A DNA stretch of 64,000 nucleotides from assembly GCA_964582365.1 (NCBI GenBank), contig CAZOQV010000001.1:12712-76711 (forward strand), in the 5' to 3' direction. Shown piece by piece: positions 18,512 through 29,055 of the stretch (its first letter is position 1; every line of letters begins with the position of its first letter). A program made the translations under genes and the position numbers. The notes beneath the pieces are model-generated. The model was given only the letters and a program-made list of their open reading frames with translations. It was not told the origin of the DNA and ran no database searches. The DNA is from an uncultured Gammaproteobacteria bacterium. Its GTDB lineage: Bacteria; Patescibacteriota; Microgenomatia; UBA12405.

Positions 18512-20125
18512 ATGACCGTCAAAGAGAGAATCAGACTTATAAGTCAAAAAAAACAAAGTACTATTTTGTCCGCCTCTTTGGTTTTGGCCACCACTTTTAT
18601 TGCTTCTTCCATCCTTGGTCTTCTAAGAAATCGTTTTCTTTACGCTAAATTTTATTCTTGTTGTGTTGCTGATCTTGATGTTTACAACGCCGCTTTTCGC
18701 ATTCCAGATTTAATTTTCAAACTTTTAGTTACCGGAGTTTTATCCGCTTCATTTATACCTGTTTTTTCCAGTTATCTACATAAAAATAAAAAAGCGGCTG
18801 ATGAAATTGCTTCTAGTGTTATTAATTTGCTCTTAATTGCCTTTATTATTATTTCTTCACTTTCTTTTATTTTTATAAAACCAATTTCCAGTTTAATTGC
18901 CTCCGGTTTTTCAGCCGATCAATTAGTTTTAATGGCCAATATCAGTCGAATTTTACTTTTTGCTCAAATATTTTTTCTTCTTAGTAATTTTGTCACCGCC
19001 ATTTTGCAAGTCAATCAAAATTTTATTATTCCCGCTCTTTCCCCTATCGTTTACAACTTATTTATTATCATCAGTATTTTTACTCTAACTCCTATTTTTG
19101 GAATTTATGGCGTTGCTATTGGTACTGTTATTGGCGCTTTTTTCCATCTTGCCATTCAAATACCAGTACTTCGCCATCAAGGTTTCCTTTATTCTCGTCA
19201 AATTAATCTAAAATTATCCGGTGTTAAAGAAATTTTTAGACTCATGGTCCCCAGAGTTTTATCGCTTGGATTAGGTGAAATTGAAAGTACTGTCACACTA
19301 TTTTTTGCCAGTTCATTGGCCTCCGGCTCCATCTCTCTTTTGAATCTTGCTCTTCAATTTATGTATTTACCAAGTCGTATTTTTGGCACCACCGTTGGTC
19401 AAGCCTCACTTCCAGCTCTTTCCAAAAACATTGCCCAAAATGAAATAGATAAGTTTAGAAATACTGTTAATAAAATTATAATTCAAAGTTTATTTATTGC
19501 CGTTCCTGTAAGTGTTTTAATCTTAGTTGAAAGAGTTTCTATCATTAGAATTCTTTATGGATCTCAAGAATTTCCTTGGTCTGCCACCATATTAACCTCC
19601 AAAATTTTAGCTTTCTTAATTCCTGGAATTGTTTGTCAAGCTGTAGTTCAAATATTAATTCGAGCTTTTTATGCTCTTCATAATACCAAGATTCCTTTCG
19701 TAATCTCTGCTATTTCTCTAATAGTAAATATTGTTGCCAGTTTCTTATTTATTCGTTTTACCAATCTTGGTGTTCTCGGCTTGGCTATCAGTGTTTCTAT
19801 CGGTAATTTAATTCAACTTTTTGGTTTATTAATCATGTTTATCAAAATTGTTGACGGCTTTGATTGGTCTTTAATGTTTAGCAAGTTTTACAAAATATTA
19901 ATTTCTTCAATTTTTATGGGTATTGTGTCTTGGTTATCTATAAAATTTTTAGATCTTTTTATTTTAGATACTGCTCGTACAATTTCTGTTTTAATTTTAG
20001 CCACCATATCTTCACTTATTGGCTTATTTACCTATGTTTTTATTGTTGTTTTTTTAAAAATGGATGAGATTAAAGATTATCGAAAATATTATTTAAGATT
20101 CAAGGATTTTATTTTCCACAGATAG
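18512..20125 (+). CDS. murJ: Lipid II flippase MurJ/MviN
   Basis: The N-terminus LRNRFLYAKF...DLDVYNAAFRIPDLIFKLLV and about 14 TM segments. Confidence 0.85.
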   Translation: MTVKERIRLISQKKQSTILSASLVLATTFIASSILGLLRNRFLYAKFYSCCVADLDVYNAAFRIPDLIFKLLVTGVLSASFIPVFSSYLHKNKKAADEIASSVINLLLIAFIIISSLSFIFIKPISSLIASGFSADQLVLMANISRILLFAQIFFLLSNFVTAILQVNQNFIIPALSPIVYNLFIIISIFTLTPIFGIYGVAIGTVIGAFFHLAIQIPVLRHQGFLYSRQINLKLSGVKEIFRLMVPRVLSLGLGEIESTVTLFFASSLASGSISLLNLALQFMYLPSRIFGTTVGQASLPALSKNIAQNEIDKFRNTVNKIIIQSLFIAVPVSVLILVERVSIIRILYGSQEFPWSATILTSKILAFLIPGIVCQAVVQILIRAFYALHNTKIPFVISAISLIVNIVASFLFIRFTNLGVLGLAISVSIGNLIQLFGLLIMFIKIVDGFDWSLMFSKFYKILISSIFMGIVSWLSIKFLDLFILDTARTISVLILATISSLIGLFTYVFIVVFLKMDEIKDYRKYYLRFKDFIFHR

Positions 20126-20142
20126 TCATATATACTGAATAT

Positions 20143-20721
20143 ATGGTCACTAAAAAAGAGCTGTCCCTTTTACCTGAATCTGAAAATCCAAGATCTTTTG
20201 GGGCTCGTTTTTTTAAGTGGTTAACCACTACCGGCAGAGTTGTAATTATTATAACTGAGTTTATTGTTATTTCCGTTTTTATTTCTCGTTTTTGGCTAGA
20301 TCGTAAAAACTCAGATTTATCTGAGGTTGTTCGTCAAAAACAAGCAATTTTAGAAAGCACTACTCCTTTTATCACTGAGTTTGTTGGACTTCAAAAAAGA
20401 TTATCTTTTATAAAAGATTTTTATTCGAATCAGCCAAATTATAATCAGCAAATTAATTCTTTGGTTTCCAGTACTCCATCTGATCTTTTTTATAATAAGA
20501 TTTCCGTTTTTACCGACGAAAAAACTAAAACAACAGTTATTACTACTTCTTTATCGGCCTACAAAGAAGAAAGCATTGTTTTGTTTATAACCAATCTAAT
20601 GTTGAACCCAGACATTGATCAAGTAAATATAAGTAAAATTGAAAAGAAAGAAAAAGAAAATCAATATTCCATTTCTCTCACTTTAAACTTTAAGAAAGCT
20701 CCAGCAGCTAATAAAATATGA
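20143..20721 (+). CDS. Single-TM bitopic protein, PilN-like (SLLP motif) or possibly divisome FtsL/DivIC-like
   Basis: The N-terminal ELSLLPE motif, a TM helix and a periplasmic domain. The ORF is translationally coupled to the next one. Confidence 0.35.
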   Translation: MVTKKELSLLPESENPRSFGARFFKWLTTTGRVVIIITEFIVISVFISRFWLDRKNSDLSEVVRQKQAILESTTPFITEFVGLQKRLSFIKDFYSNQPNYNQQINSLVSSTPSDLFYNKISVFTDEKTKTTVITTSLSAYKEESIVLFITNLMLNPDIDQVNISKIEKKEKENQYSISLTLNFKKAPAANKI

Positions 20722-21344
20722 TCAATACTAAAAATTGGTTTCAACTCAGACCTATGTATAGCTATATTCGAAAGCAGGCTGAAAACCAAAAATTTTTAAA
20801 ATATCTCGAGGTCGGTGGTACTTTTACTTTAATAGCTATTTTTTTATTTTTTGCCATTTTGCCCACCATGACCACCGTCTTTTCTCTTTTAGGTGATATA
20901 AAATCAAAAGAAATATATATTAAAAAAGTTAACGCCAAAATTAGTACTATTATTAAAGCTCAAAGCACATATGCCCAAGTTCAGGAAAATTTTTCATTAG
21001 TAGAAGATAGTTTTCCTTCGCAACCTCGATATCATAATGGAGCTTCTAACCTAGCTACTCTTTTTAGAGATTCGTTTTTAGATATAAATCAAATAAATTT
21101 TAGTTTAAACGATAAGTCTCGTGAGAGTAAGGATAATAGTTTTGGTTCTTATCAAGTCAACATAAGTGGCGAAGGACAGTATTCTGATATTCTAAATATA
21201 ACCAAAAACATGCTTAATAATCGTCGTCTAATTAATGCTTCTAATATTCAAATAAATCAATTAGAAGCTGACAAAAATAAAACAGGGTCAAATAAAGTTA
21301 AAATTAATATTTCTAATGATTTATATTATCTACTTGACGACTAA
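20718..21344 (+). CDS. Single-TM bitopic protein, PilO-like or divisome-like
   Basis: A TM helix followed by a coiled coil; ATGA overlap with the upstream ORF. Confidence 0.3.
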   Translation: MINTKNWFQLRPMYSYIRKQAENQKFLKYLEVGGTFTLIAIFLFFAILPTMTTVFSLLGDIKSKEIYIKKVNAKISTIIKAQSTYAQVQENFSLVEDSFPSQPRYHNGASNLATLFRDSFLDINQINFSLNDKSRESKDNSFGSYQVNISGEGQYSDILNITKNMLNNRRLINASNIQINQLEADKNKTGSNKVKINISNDLYYLLDD

Positions 21345-21655
21345 TGGAAAAAAATAAAATATCTTCCTACTTCATATTTATCTCTTTTTTTACTTTTTTG
21401 ACTGTATTTCTTTCTATAATTCAAAAAAGCTATTTTAGTTTTACTACTCCTCAAAAGTCAGTCGAAAATAATGCTCTTTTAGATAATTTTAATCCAGCTT
21501 TAGATTTAACTATTATTTCCACCATTGAATCTAAAAATAAAAATACTGACGAATTTTTCGATTTTTCAATTATAAAATCAAATCAGTCTGTTACTCCTAC
21601 TCCGGCTACTGAGACGTTAATTGCAACTTCGTCTGGTGAGGAGGTTACCCCTTGA
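21344..21655 (+). CDS. Small N-terminally anchored membrane protein
   Basis: A TM helix at residues 8-28, with TGATG coupling to the next gene. Confidence 0.3.
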   Translation: MEKNKISSYFIFISFFTFLTVFLSIIQKSYFSFTTPQKSVENNALLDNFNPALDLTIISTIESKNKNTDEFFDFSIIKSNQSVTPTPATETLIATSSGEEVTP

Positions 21656-23010
21656 TGTTTAAAGAAAAAAAATTTCCTACTATTCTTGGTCTTTTGCTTC
21701 TTTTTGGAGGAGTTGTTGCTGGGGTTTTTTTAACCAATCAACGAACCGGTTTTGTTTCCAAAGCCAATAGTAGTTGTCAACCTAAAAACCCTCAAATAAC
21801 CAATACTACCAACAATTCTGCTTCTATTTCTTTTGTGACCGAATCGTCTTGTTTTTCCTCTCTTCTTATTAATAATCAGACAATCGAAAACAAAGCTGCT
21901 GTTAGTGTTGATCAAAAAAGCAAAATTCATTATTTTGATGTTAATAATTTAACTCCTGCTGCTAATTATATTTTTTCTTTTATTATCGATGGGAAAAAAT
22001 ACGAAGAACCTTCATATGAATTTAAAACAGCTGATAATCCCAGTGGTTCAATTCCGTCTTCAAATTTAGCTTGGGGTCGAGTTTTTACTCCAGAACCAGA
22101 GTTAAAAGCTGCCCATAAAGTTATTGTTTTTCTTACCATTCCTGGATCAACACCTTTATCTGCTCTTGTTACTTCTTCTGGCAATTGGAACATTTCTTTA
22201 GCCAACAGTTTTAACGAGTCGAAGACTGGCAGATTTACTGCAACTAAAAATATCAGTGAAGAAATTATTGTAATTGATCAAAATAATCAAGCCACTCAGA
22301 TTACAGGTAATACTTCGAATAATAATCCAGTTCCAGACATTATCTTAGGTCAAAATCAATTTTCCGCCGCCGCTATTATTTATGACACGGAAACTGATAC
22401 TGGTTCTTTATCTTCTGTTACTCCAGCTTTAGAATCAAAAGAGCTAGATATTTTAAACCCAAAAGAAAATGAAGCTATTTCTACTCAGAAACCAGATTTC
22501 TTTGGAACTAGTCCTGGTAACTCTATTATTAAAATAGAAATTCATTCTCCGACAACTTATAGCGGGGAAGTTGTTTCTAATAGCGATGGTTCTTGGAATT
22601 GGTCTCCACCTTCAAATCTAGAACCAGGAGAACACACCATCACTGCCACCACTATTATTAATGGAGTTGAAAAAATAATAACCAGAAAATTTACTGTTCT
22701 TGCTACTGACAGTGGTCTTGCTTACACCGCTTCTTCTTCAGCTACTACTCCTACCCCTACCCCTACTGTTACTTCCATTCCTACTATTGCTCCTACCCCT
22801 ACTACTATGGAAATTTCTACCCCCACTGCCACTATAATTCCAACTTCAACTCCCGATGAAATTCCCACTTCTTCTCCCACTGTTATGGTTAGTACTCCTA
22901 GCACTAGCTCTGGTATTCCCAAAACTGGTAATCTATTTTCCACAATTCTATTACTTTTAGTCTCATCATCTTTTATTGCTTTTTCTTTTTTCTCTTTTAA
23001 GAAAAAATAA
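21655..23010 (+). CDS. Cell-surface protein with a C-terminal sortase sorting signal (IPKTG + hydrophobic segment + KKK), a Pro/Thr-rich stalk and Ig-like domains
   Basis: The SD GGAGG lies 10 nt upstream of the ATG at 21655. The C-terminus is SGIPKTGNLFSTILLLLVSSSFIAFSFFSFKKK, and a PT-rich linker spans 22740-22910. Confidence 0.6.
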   Translation: MFKEKKFPTILGLLLLFGGVVAGVFLTNQRTGFVSKANSSCQPKNPQITNTTNNSASISFVTESSCFSSLLINNQTIENKAAVSVDQKSKIHYFDVNNLTPAANYIFSFIIDGKKYEEPSYEFKTADNPSGSIPSSNLAWGRVFTPEPELKAAHKVIVFLTIPGSTPLSALVTSSGNWNISLANSFNESKTGRFTATKNISEEIIVIDQNNQATQITGNTSNNNPVPDIILGQNQFSAAAIIYDTETDTGSLSSVTPALESKELDILNPKENEAISTQKPDFFGTSPGNSIIKIEIHSPTTYSGEVVSNSDGSWNWSPPSNLEPGEHTITATTIINGVEKIITRKFTVLATDSGLAYTASSSATTPTPTPTVTSIPTIAPTPTTMEISTPTATIIPTSTPDEIPTSSPTVMVSTPSTSSGIPKTGNLFSTILLLLVSSSFIAFSFFSFKKK

Positions 23011-23054
23011 TATTTTATTTTCAGTCGACTGTTTTTAATGGTATCATTATTCAA

Positions 23055-23984
23055 ATGTCAGGAATATTTTTTTTTAACGCTGTATCAAGAGAAATTCGTG
23101 TTTCTCAATGGATAAAAAATTTAAGTATTTTTTCGGCTATCATCTTAAATGGTCAACTTCTTAATCCTCTACTTTTTTGGAAGACTTTTTTTGCCTTTAT
23201 TGCTTTTTGTTTATTGTCCTCTTCTTCTTATATCGTCAATGATCTTTTTGATGTTAAAAAAGATCGACTACACCCTGTCAAAAAAAACCGTCCCATTGCT
23301 CATGGTGATATCTCGGAAGCAACCGGAATTTTTTTGGCTTTCCTTCTTCTTTTTTTAGGGCTAGGAATAACTATCTTTATTAGTTATGGGTTTTTTATCC
23401 TTTCTCTTGTTTTTGTTTTACTTCAATATTCCTATTCTCTGTTTTTAAAAAAGAAGGCCATTATCGACATCATGGGAATTGCTTTGTTTTTTATAATTCG
23501 TGCTTATGCCGGTGAAGTCGTTACTGGTTATCATCTTCCCATTTGGATCATGCTAACTGTTATCTTTTTATCTTTATTTATCGCTAGTGGAAAACGTCGT
23601 AGCGAATTGGTAAATATTGGTACTAAAACTCGTTCGGCTTTGGCTGGTTACGGTAAAAGTTTATTAAATTTTTATACCACCATGTTTGCTGTTTGTACTT
23701 TAATAACCTACGCCATGTTTACTTTTTTGGAAGAATCAATCAGTTTCACTGGTTCTGGTATTTTACATAATTTTCTCTTGGAAAATTTTCCTAACGCTTT
23801 AAATCGTAAATGGTACATGGTCACCCTTTTACCGGTAATTTTTGGCATTATGCGCTATGGTCAAATAATTTTTGAAATGCAAGAAGGTGAGAGACCAGAA
23901 AGAATAGTTGCTCGTGATATGCCAATTTTATTTTCAGTTCTAATTTGGGGATTGATGATAATTGGTATTATCTATGTACTCTAA
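23055..23984 (+). CDS. UbiA-family prenyl-phosphate phosphoribosyltransferase-like protein (DPPR-synthase/Rv3806c-like)
   Basis: The motif NDLFDVKKDRLHPVKKNRPIAHG (NDxxDxxxD followed by RPIA.G) and 8-9 TM helices. Confidence 0.7.
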   Translation: MSGIFFFNAVSREIRVSQWIKNLSIFSAIILNGQLLNPLLFWKTFFAFIAFCLLSSSSYIVNDLFDVKKDRLHPVKKNRPIAHGDISEATGIFLAFLLLFLGLGITIFISYGFFILSLVFVLLQYSYSLFLKKKAIIDIMGIALFFIIRAYAGEVVTGYHLPIWIMLTVIFLSLFIASGKRRSELVNIGTKTRSALAGYGKSLLNFYTTMFAVCTLITYAMFTFLEESISFTGSGILHNFLLENFPNALNRKWYMVTLLPVIFGIMRYGQIIFEMQEGERPERIVARDMPILFSVLIWGLMIIGIIYVL

Positions 23985-25566
23985 TAAAATAAAAAAATTT
24001 CTAATTCCATTTTTTTTGATATTTCTGATTATTTTTACTCGCTTTTCTTTTCTCAATTGGGGTAACGGTTTTTTCTTTAATCCAGATGAAAATAATATGG
24101 CCAATGCTGTATTAAAAATGACTCCATCAGATCTTAATCCAAAATTTTTTGCCTATGGTCAATTCCCGCTTTTTTTAACTTTTTTTACCACTCCTCTTCA
24201 TAAATTTTCCACCATTATTTTAACTCTTCGTTTTTGGTCAGCCACTTTTTCTTCCCTGTCAATTTTATTTTTTTATCTTATTGCCAATCATATTTTTAAA
24301 TCTAAAAAATTAAACTACATTTTTACCTTATTATTAATTTTTACTCCGGGATTAATTCAATCTGCTCATTTTGGCACCACTGAATCGCTTTTAATTTTTG
24401 TTTTTTCTGTCAATATTTTTTTGTCTTTAAAATATTATCAAGATCAAAAAAAACTATATTTTCTATTTTCAATTTTAATCAGTGCTATCGGTCTTGGCTC
24501 TAAGATAACAGCTATATTCTTCATTTTACCTATCTATTTTTGTTTCTTTTTGATTTTTTTAAAAGATAAAAAAATTTTAAATTTTATTTTCACTGTTTTT
24601 ATTTTCACTCTTCTAGTTTCACTTCTCTCACTCCTTTTTTCTCCATTTAACATCATAAAATTTTCAGATTTTAAATCATCAATGGTTTACGAAACATCAG
24701 TGGCTACTGGTAAAACTCTAGTTTTTTACACTCGTCAATTTGAAAACTCATTACCTTACCTTTTTCAAATTAAAAAAGTTTTTCCATATGCTAACGGTAT
24801 TTTTATCTTCATTTTTTCTTTTATAGGATTTTATTTATTTCTTAAATCATATTTCTTAAACTTGCCCCGCAACTGCTGGGGTCATAAATCAAATTTACTT
24901 TTAGTATTAATTCCTTCAATAATATATTTTGCTTATTCTGGTCAACTTTTTATTAAATGGTCTCGTTTTGTCTCACCTCTTTTTTTTATTGCTCCGTTTT
25001 TTTGTCTTTTTATTTTTCAAAAAATTAAAAACAAATTTTTAACTTTAATTTTATTAATAATTATGATTACTCCTGGAGTTTATTTTTTCTCAAAATATTT
25101 TTCACCAGACATCAGAATTAATGCTTCTAATTGGATTAATTCAAATATCCCAGCAGATTCTTTTGTTTTATCTGAAGGCGGAAATGTTGTGGATATTCCT
25201 CTTTCAAATAACAAACTTCATATTAGTAATTTTGATTTTTATCAATTGGATTCAAATAATAGTTTTTTTAATAAATTGACCAATGATTTAACTTCGGCTG
25301 ATTATATTTTTATTCCTTCTCGCCGGGTTTTTAAAAATCAAAATAATAAAAATTATCCAATATCACAAAAATATTATCAAAATTTATTTTCAGAAAATAT
25401 CGGTTTTAAGGAAATAAAAATTATTAATAATCAAAAAGATTTATTTTTAAATTCTGAAAATGCTGAAGAAACTTGGTCTGTTTTTGATTCCCCCACTATT
25501 AGAATTTACAAAAAAGTTATCAATTTGTCTCCAGATGATTACCAAGAATTGTTTAAAAATAATTAA
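23974..25566 (+). CDS. GT-C superfamily (PMT/ArnT-like, GT39/83) polyprenyl-phosphate-sugar-dependent glycosyltransferase
   Basis: About 12 TM helices and the loop-1 motif NPDENNMANA. It is a paralog of the next gene, sharing LNPKFFAYG.FP. Confidence 0.65.
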   Translation: MYSNKIKKFLIPFFLIFLIIFTRFSFLNWGNGFFFNPDENNMANAVLKMTPSDLNPKFFAYGQFPLFLTFFTTPLHKFSTIILTLRFWSATFSSLSILFFYLIANHIFKSKKLNYIFTLLLIFTPGLIQSAHFGTTESLLIFVFSVNIFLSLKYYQDQKKLYFLFSILISAIGLGSKITAIFFILPIYFCFFLIFLKDKKILNFIFTVFIFTLLVSLLSLLFSPFNIIKFSDFKSSMVYETSVATGKTLVFYTRQFENSLPYLFQIKKVFPYANGIFIFIFSFIGFYLFLKSYFLNLPRNCWGHKSNLLLVLIPSIIYFAYSGQLFIKWSRFVSPLFFIAPFFCLFIFQKIKNKFLTLILLIIMITPGVYFFSKYFSPDIRINASNWINSNIPADSFVLSEGGNVVDIPLSNNKLHISNFDFYQLDSNNSFFNKLTNDLTSADYIFIPSRRVFKNQNNKNYPISQKYYQNLFSENIGFKEIKIINNQKDLFLNSENAEETWSVFDSPTIRIYKKVINLSPDDYQELFKNN

Positions 25567-27334
25567 AAAAAGAAAAAATATTTTTTTATTAATATTAATT
25601 TTTTTGATATCTTTTTCTTTTAGAATCATCGGACTAAATTGGGATCAAGGTAACCATCTCCATCCAGACGAAAGGATGATTACTATGGTGGCAGAAAAAA
25701 TTGCTTTTCCCACTATCGACCCCAAATTAACTTTAAGCGAAAAAGTTGGAATTTTGTTTGATTCCAAGTCTTCTCTTAATCCAAAATTTTTTGCCTACGG
25801 ATCTTTTCCGATCTATTTACTAAAAGGAGTTTCTTATCTGCTTTCTTTTGTAGACCCGTCATTAGTCACTTACGGAAAAATGAATTTAGTCGGTCGTTTT
25901 TTATCAGCTATTTTTGATTCTTTAACAGTCATATTAATTTTTAAAATAACCTTACAAATTTTTAACTCAAATAAAAAGGCCCTATTTGCGGCTTTATTTT
26001 ATTCTTTATCAATATTACCAATACAACTTTCTCACTTTTACGCTGTCGATACTCTCTTAACTTTTTTTATTTTTTTTACTCTATATCACGCGATCTGTCT
26101 TTATCAAAAATTTAATTTTAGAAATGCTCTTTTTGTTGGAATTGGTTTTGGTCTTTCCTTGGCCACTAAAATAAGTGCCACTGTTTTAGTTTTTTCTCTA
26201 GGTATTGGTTTAATTGTTAGTATTTTTCTTTCACTTAAAAAAGAAATTTTTGGAGAAAATATCAGTTTTCTAAAGAAAATTAGAAAATATTTAGGAAAAA
26301 TATTTAGTCTTAAGTTTTGGAGTTTTAGAAAACAACATCAATTAAAAGACATATTTCTTTATTTTTTATTAATAATGTTTGTTACGGAAATAGTTTTTAT
26401 TGCTTTTCAGCCATTTGCCCTTTTTGATTTTAATGAATTTTGGAAACAACTTAATCAGCAAAAAGCCATGACAAAAAACGCTTTTATTTTTCCTTACACT
26501 CTTCAATATGTCAATACAATTCCCTATCTCTATCAACTAAAAAATATATTTTTATGGGGGTTAGGGCCAGTCTTTGGGATTTTTGCTTTGTTCGGCGGAA
26601 TTTACACTTTTTTAAAATTAATTAAAGGCTTATTTACTCCGGGTAATGAAAAATCTGAAGGTTCTCAATTAATCATTTTTTCCTTTTTTATTATTTATTT
26701 TTTAATTATTGGACGATTTGCTGTAAAGTTTAATCGTTATTGTTTACCACTTTATCCAATTTTTGCCATTTTTGCCTCCAACTTTATTTTTTCTCTTAAA
26801 AAGAAAAAATTAATTATTGTTTTTTCATTGTTTCATTTTTTGTGGTTATTTGCTTTTATGAATATTTACAAAGTTCCAAATACTCGTGTCTCTGCCACTG
26901 AATGGATTAAACAAAATGTTCCTGCGGGCAGTACTATTCTAAGAGAACATTGGGATGACGGTCTTCCTTTGGGTTATCATAATAATTTAAATTTAATCGA
27001 ATTGCAGTTATATGATTCGGATAATAATCCCCAAAAATGGCCTTCGATTAAAAATTATTTAAATAAAGGCGACTATTTAATTATCGCCAGTAACCGACTT
27101 TATACTCCTCTCCAAAAACTAACCGATTGTAAAAATTTACCTAAAGATAAGTGTTATGTCACCACTGCCAATTATTATAAAGATTTATTTTCAGACAAAT
27201 TAGGTTATTCTAAAGTAGCCGAATTTTCTAGTTATCCAAACATTTTTGGTTTAAATATCAACGATCAATCAGCTGACGAATCATTCACTGTTTATGATCA
27301 TCCCAAAGTGATAATATTTAAAAATATTAATTAA
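25535..27334 (+). CDS. GT-C superfamily glycosyltransferase, paralog of the 23974..25566 gene
   Basis: The HPDER loop motif and polytopic topology. The start is uncertain: the ATG at 25535 overlaps the upstream gene by 32 nt, and the ORF-track start at 25460 overlaps it by 107 nt. Confidence 0.65.
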   Translation: MITKNCLKIIKKRKNIFLLILIFLISFSFRIIGLNWDQGNHLHPDERMITMVAEKIAFPTIDPKLTLSEKVGILFDSKSSLNPKFFAYGSFPIYLLKGVSYLLSFVDPSLVTYGKMNLVGRFLSAIFDSLTVILIFKITLQIFNSNKKALFAALFYSLSILPIQLSHFYAVDTLLTFFIFFTLYHAICLYQKFNFRNALFVGIGFGLSLATKISATVLVFSLGIGLIVSIFLSLKKEIFGENISFLKKIRKYLGKIFSLKFWSFRKQHQLKDIFLYFLLIMFVTEIVFIAFQPFALFDFNEFWKQLNQQKAMTKNAFIFPYTLQYVNTIPYLYQLKNIFLWGLGPVFGIFALFGGIYTFLKLIKGLFTPGNEKSEGSQLIIFSFFIIYFLIIGRFAVKFNRYCLPLYPIFAIFASNFIFSLKKKKLIIVFSLFHFLWLFAFMNIYKVPNTRVSATEWIKQNVPAGSTILREHWDDGLPLGYHNNLNLIELQLYDSDNNPQKWPSIKNYLNKGDYLIIASNRLYTPLQKLTDCKNLPKDKCYVTTANYYKDLFSDKLGYSKVAEFSSYPNIFGLNINDQSADESFTVYDHPKVIIFKNIN

Positions 27335-27346
27335 AATAATTAAAAA

Positions 27347-28387
27347 ATGAAACAAACTATATTTATAACCGGAGGATCGGGATTTTTAGGCATAAATATG
27401 GTTAGGTTTTTGTTAGAAAAAAAGAAAAATATTATAAATTACGATATTGCTGATTTTAATTATCCAGAGAAATCCAAAATTAAAAGCTATCTTGCCGATA
27501 TCAGAGATAAAGAGAAACTGACAAAGGCCATGAAAGGGGCGGATATTGTTTTACACTTTGCCGCTGCTTTACCGCTTTATTCTAAAGAGGATATTTTTTC
27601 CACCGAAATAGATGGCACTAGAAACGTTTTACAATCGGCATTTGAAAATGGAATTAAAAAAGTTATTTATATTTCTTCGACGGCAGTTTATGGTATTCCA
27701 GATCATCACCCTATAGTTGAAACAGATAAATTAATTGGTGTTGGTCCCTACGGTGAATCTAAAATTAAGGCTGAAGAAATTTGTCGCCAATTTCGCAAAG
27801 AAGGGATGTGTATTCCTATTCTTAGACCAAAATCATTTATAGGGCCAGAACGATTAGGTGTTTTTTCTTTATTTTATAATTGGGCCAAAGATGGTAAAAA
27901 TTTTCCCTTAATTGGTAACGGTCGCAATCGTTATCAATTATTAGCAGTAATCGATTTGTGTCAAGCCGTTTGGGCGGTTATGAACGGCGAGGATAACAAA
28001 GTTAATGATGTTTTTAATATTGGTGCCAAAGAATTTAAAACCATGAAAGATGATTATCAATCAGTCCTTGATTATGCTGGTTTTGGTAAAAAAATTATCT
28101 GCTTTCCGGCCAAACCAGTTATTTTTACGCTTAAAGTATTAGAAGCACTTCATCTTTCTCCTTTTTATGCCTGGATTTATGAAACAGCCGCCAAAGATTC
28201 TTTTGTTTCTATCAAAAAAGCCGAAAAAATACTGAAATTTAACCCAAGATACTCCAATCAAGATGCCTTATTGGAAAATTACAAATGGTACTTGAAAAAT
28301 TTAGATCAATTTCAAAATACCACCGGTATTTCTCATCGTGTCCCCTGGAGCCAGGGCATTTTTAAAATAGTTAAAAATTTTTTCTAA
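27347..28387 (+). CDS. NAD-dependent epimerase/dehydratase (extended SDR)
   Basis: GGSGFLG (GxxGxxG) and the catalytic YGESK. Confidence 0.8.
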   Translation: MKQTIFITGGSGFLGINMVRFLLEKKKNIINYDIADFNYPEKSKIKSYLADIRDKEKLTKAMKGADIVLHFAAALPLYSKEDIFSTEIDGTRNVLQSAFENGIKKVIYISSTAVYGIPDHHPIVETDKLIGVGPYGESKIKAEEICRQFRKEGMCIPILRPKSFIGPERLGVFSLFYNWAKDGKNFPLIGNGRNRYQLLAVIDLCQAVWAVMNGEDNKVNDVFNIGAKEFKTMKDDYQSVLDYAGFGKKIICFPAKPVIFTLKVLEALHLSPFYAWIYETAAKDSFVSIKKAEKILKFNPRYSNQDALLENYKWYLKNLDQFQNTTGISHRVPWSQGIFKIVKNFF

Positions 28388-28432
28388 AAATATTATTGAT
28401 ATAATTCAAGTCATAACCATACATATAAATAT

Positions 28433-29017
28433 ATGACTTTAGCTGTATTGAAAAAAAATTTTTTATTTTGGCAACCAAAAACAGATTGGTTTAAAAAAAT
28501 ATCAAAATACAAATATGGTAATTGTTTTTTAGTTTTTATAAATTACATTATTTGGATTTTTTTGTTTTTTGTTTCCTTTCTTTTAATTAAAGAACAAACA
28601 AACATTTTTTGGCAGTTATTTACCGCTACTTTTATCAGTGAAATAGTTGAAAAATTTTTAAAAGTTCAACCACTTTGGAGAAGACCACTTCATTTAGGTA
28701 ATAATACTTTGCCAAATGGACTATTAAAATCTTGGTATAAAAAAGGAAGTTTTCCCTCCGGCCATGCCATAAAAGCCACTTTCTTTTTACTTTTTGTCTT
28801 GCAATATTCTGGTATTATCAATCCTTTTATTTTTACAATTATTATTGTAGCTCTAGTTTTAATTCGTATTTTCCTTGGTCTTCACTATCCAATTGATGTT
28901 CTTGGAGGAATTCTCATTGGCATTCTCATTTGGATACCAGTTCATTTTTTAACTTTCCCTATTTTTTTAACCGAAATAATTAAGACCATTTTTAATTTTG
29001 TTTTCTGTATTACTTGA
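28433..29017 (+). CDS. PAP2-family lipid phosphatase
   Basis: All three PAP2 motifs are present: KVQPLWRRP, PSGH and RIFLGLHYPID. Confidence 0.75.
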   Translation: MTLAVLKKNFLFWQPKTDWFKKISKYKYGNCFLVFINYIIWIFLFFVSFLLIKEQTNIFWQLFTATFISEIVEKFLKVQPLWRRPLHLGNNTLPNGLLKSWYKKGSFPSGHAIKATFFLLFVLQYSGIINPFIFTIIIVALVLIRIFLGLHYPIDVLGGILIGILIWIPVHFLTFPIFLTEIIKTIFNFVFCIT

Positions 29018-29055
29018 AAAAACTTTATAACTTGATGAACTTGATAAACTAAACT
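29017..29055 (+). promoter_or_regulatory. Conserved leader motif, copy 2, with an extra 9-nt CTTGATGAA unit, directly abutting the start of the 29056 membrane-protein gene
   Basis: aaaaactttataacttgatgaacttgataaactaaact followed by atg. Confidence 0.3.

Noticed and set aside
25460-25534. ORF-track start at 25460 for the second GT-C gene
   Set aside because: It would overlap the upstream gene by 107 nt. The in-frame ATG at 25535 gives a more typical short overlap and still precedes the first TM helix. The start remains uncertain
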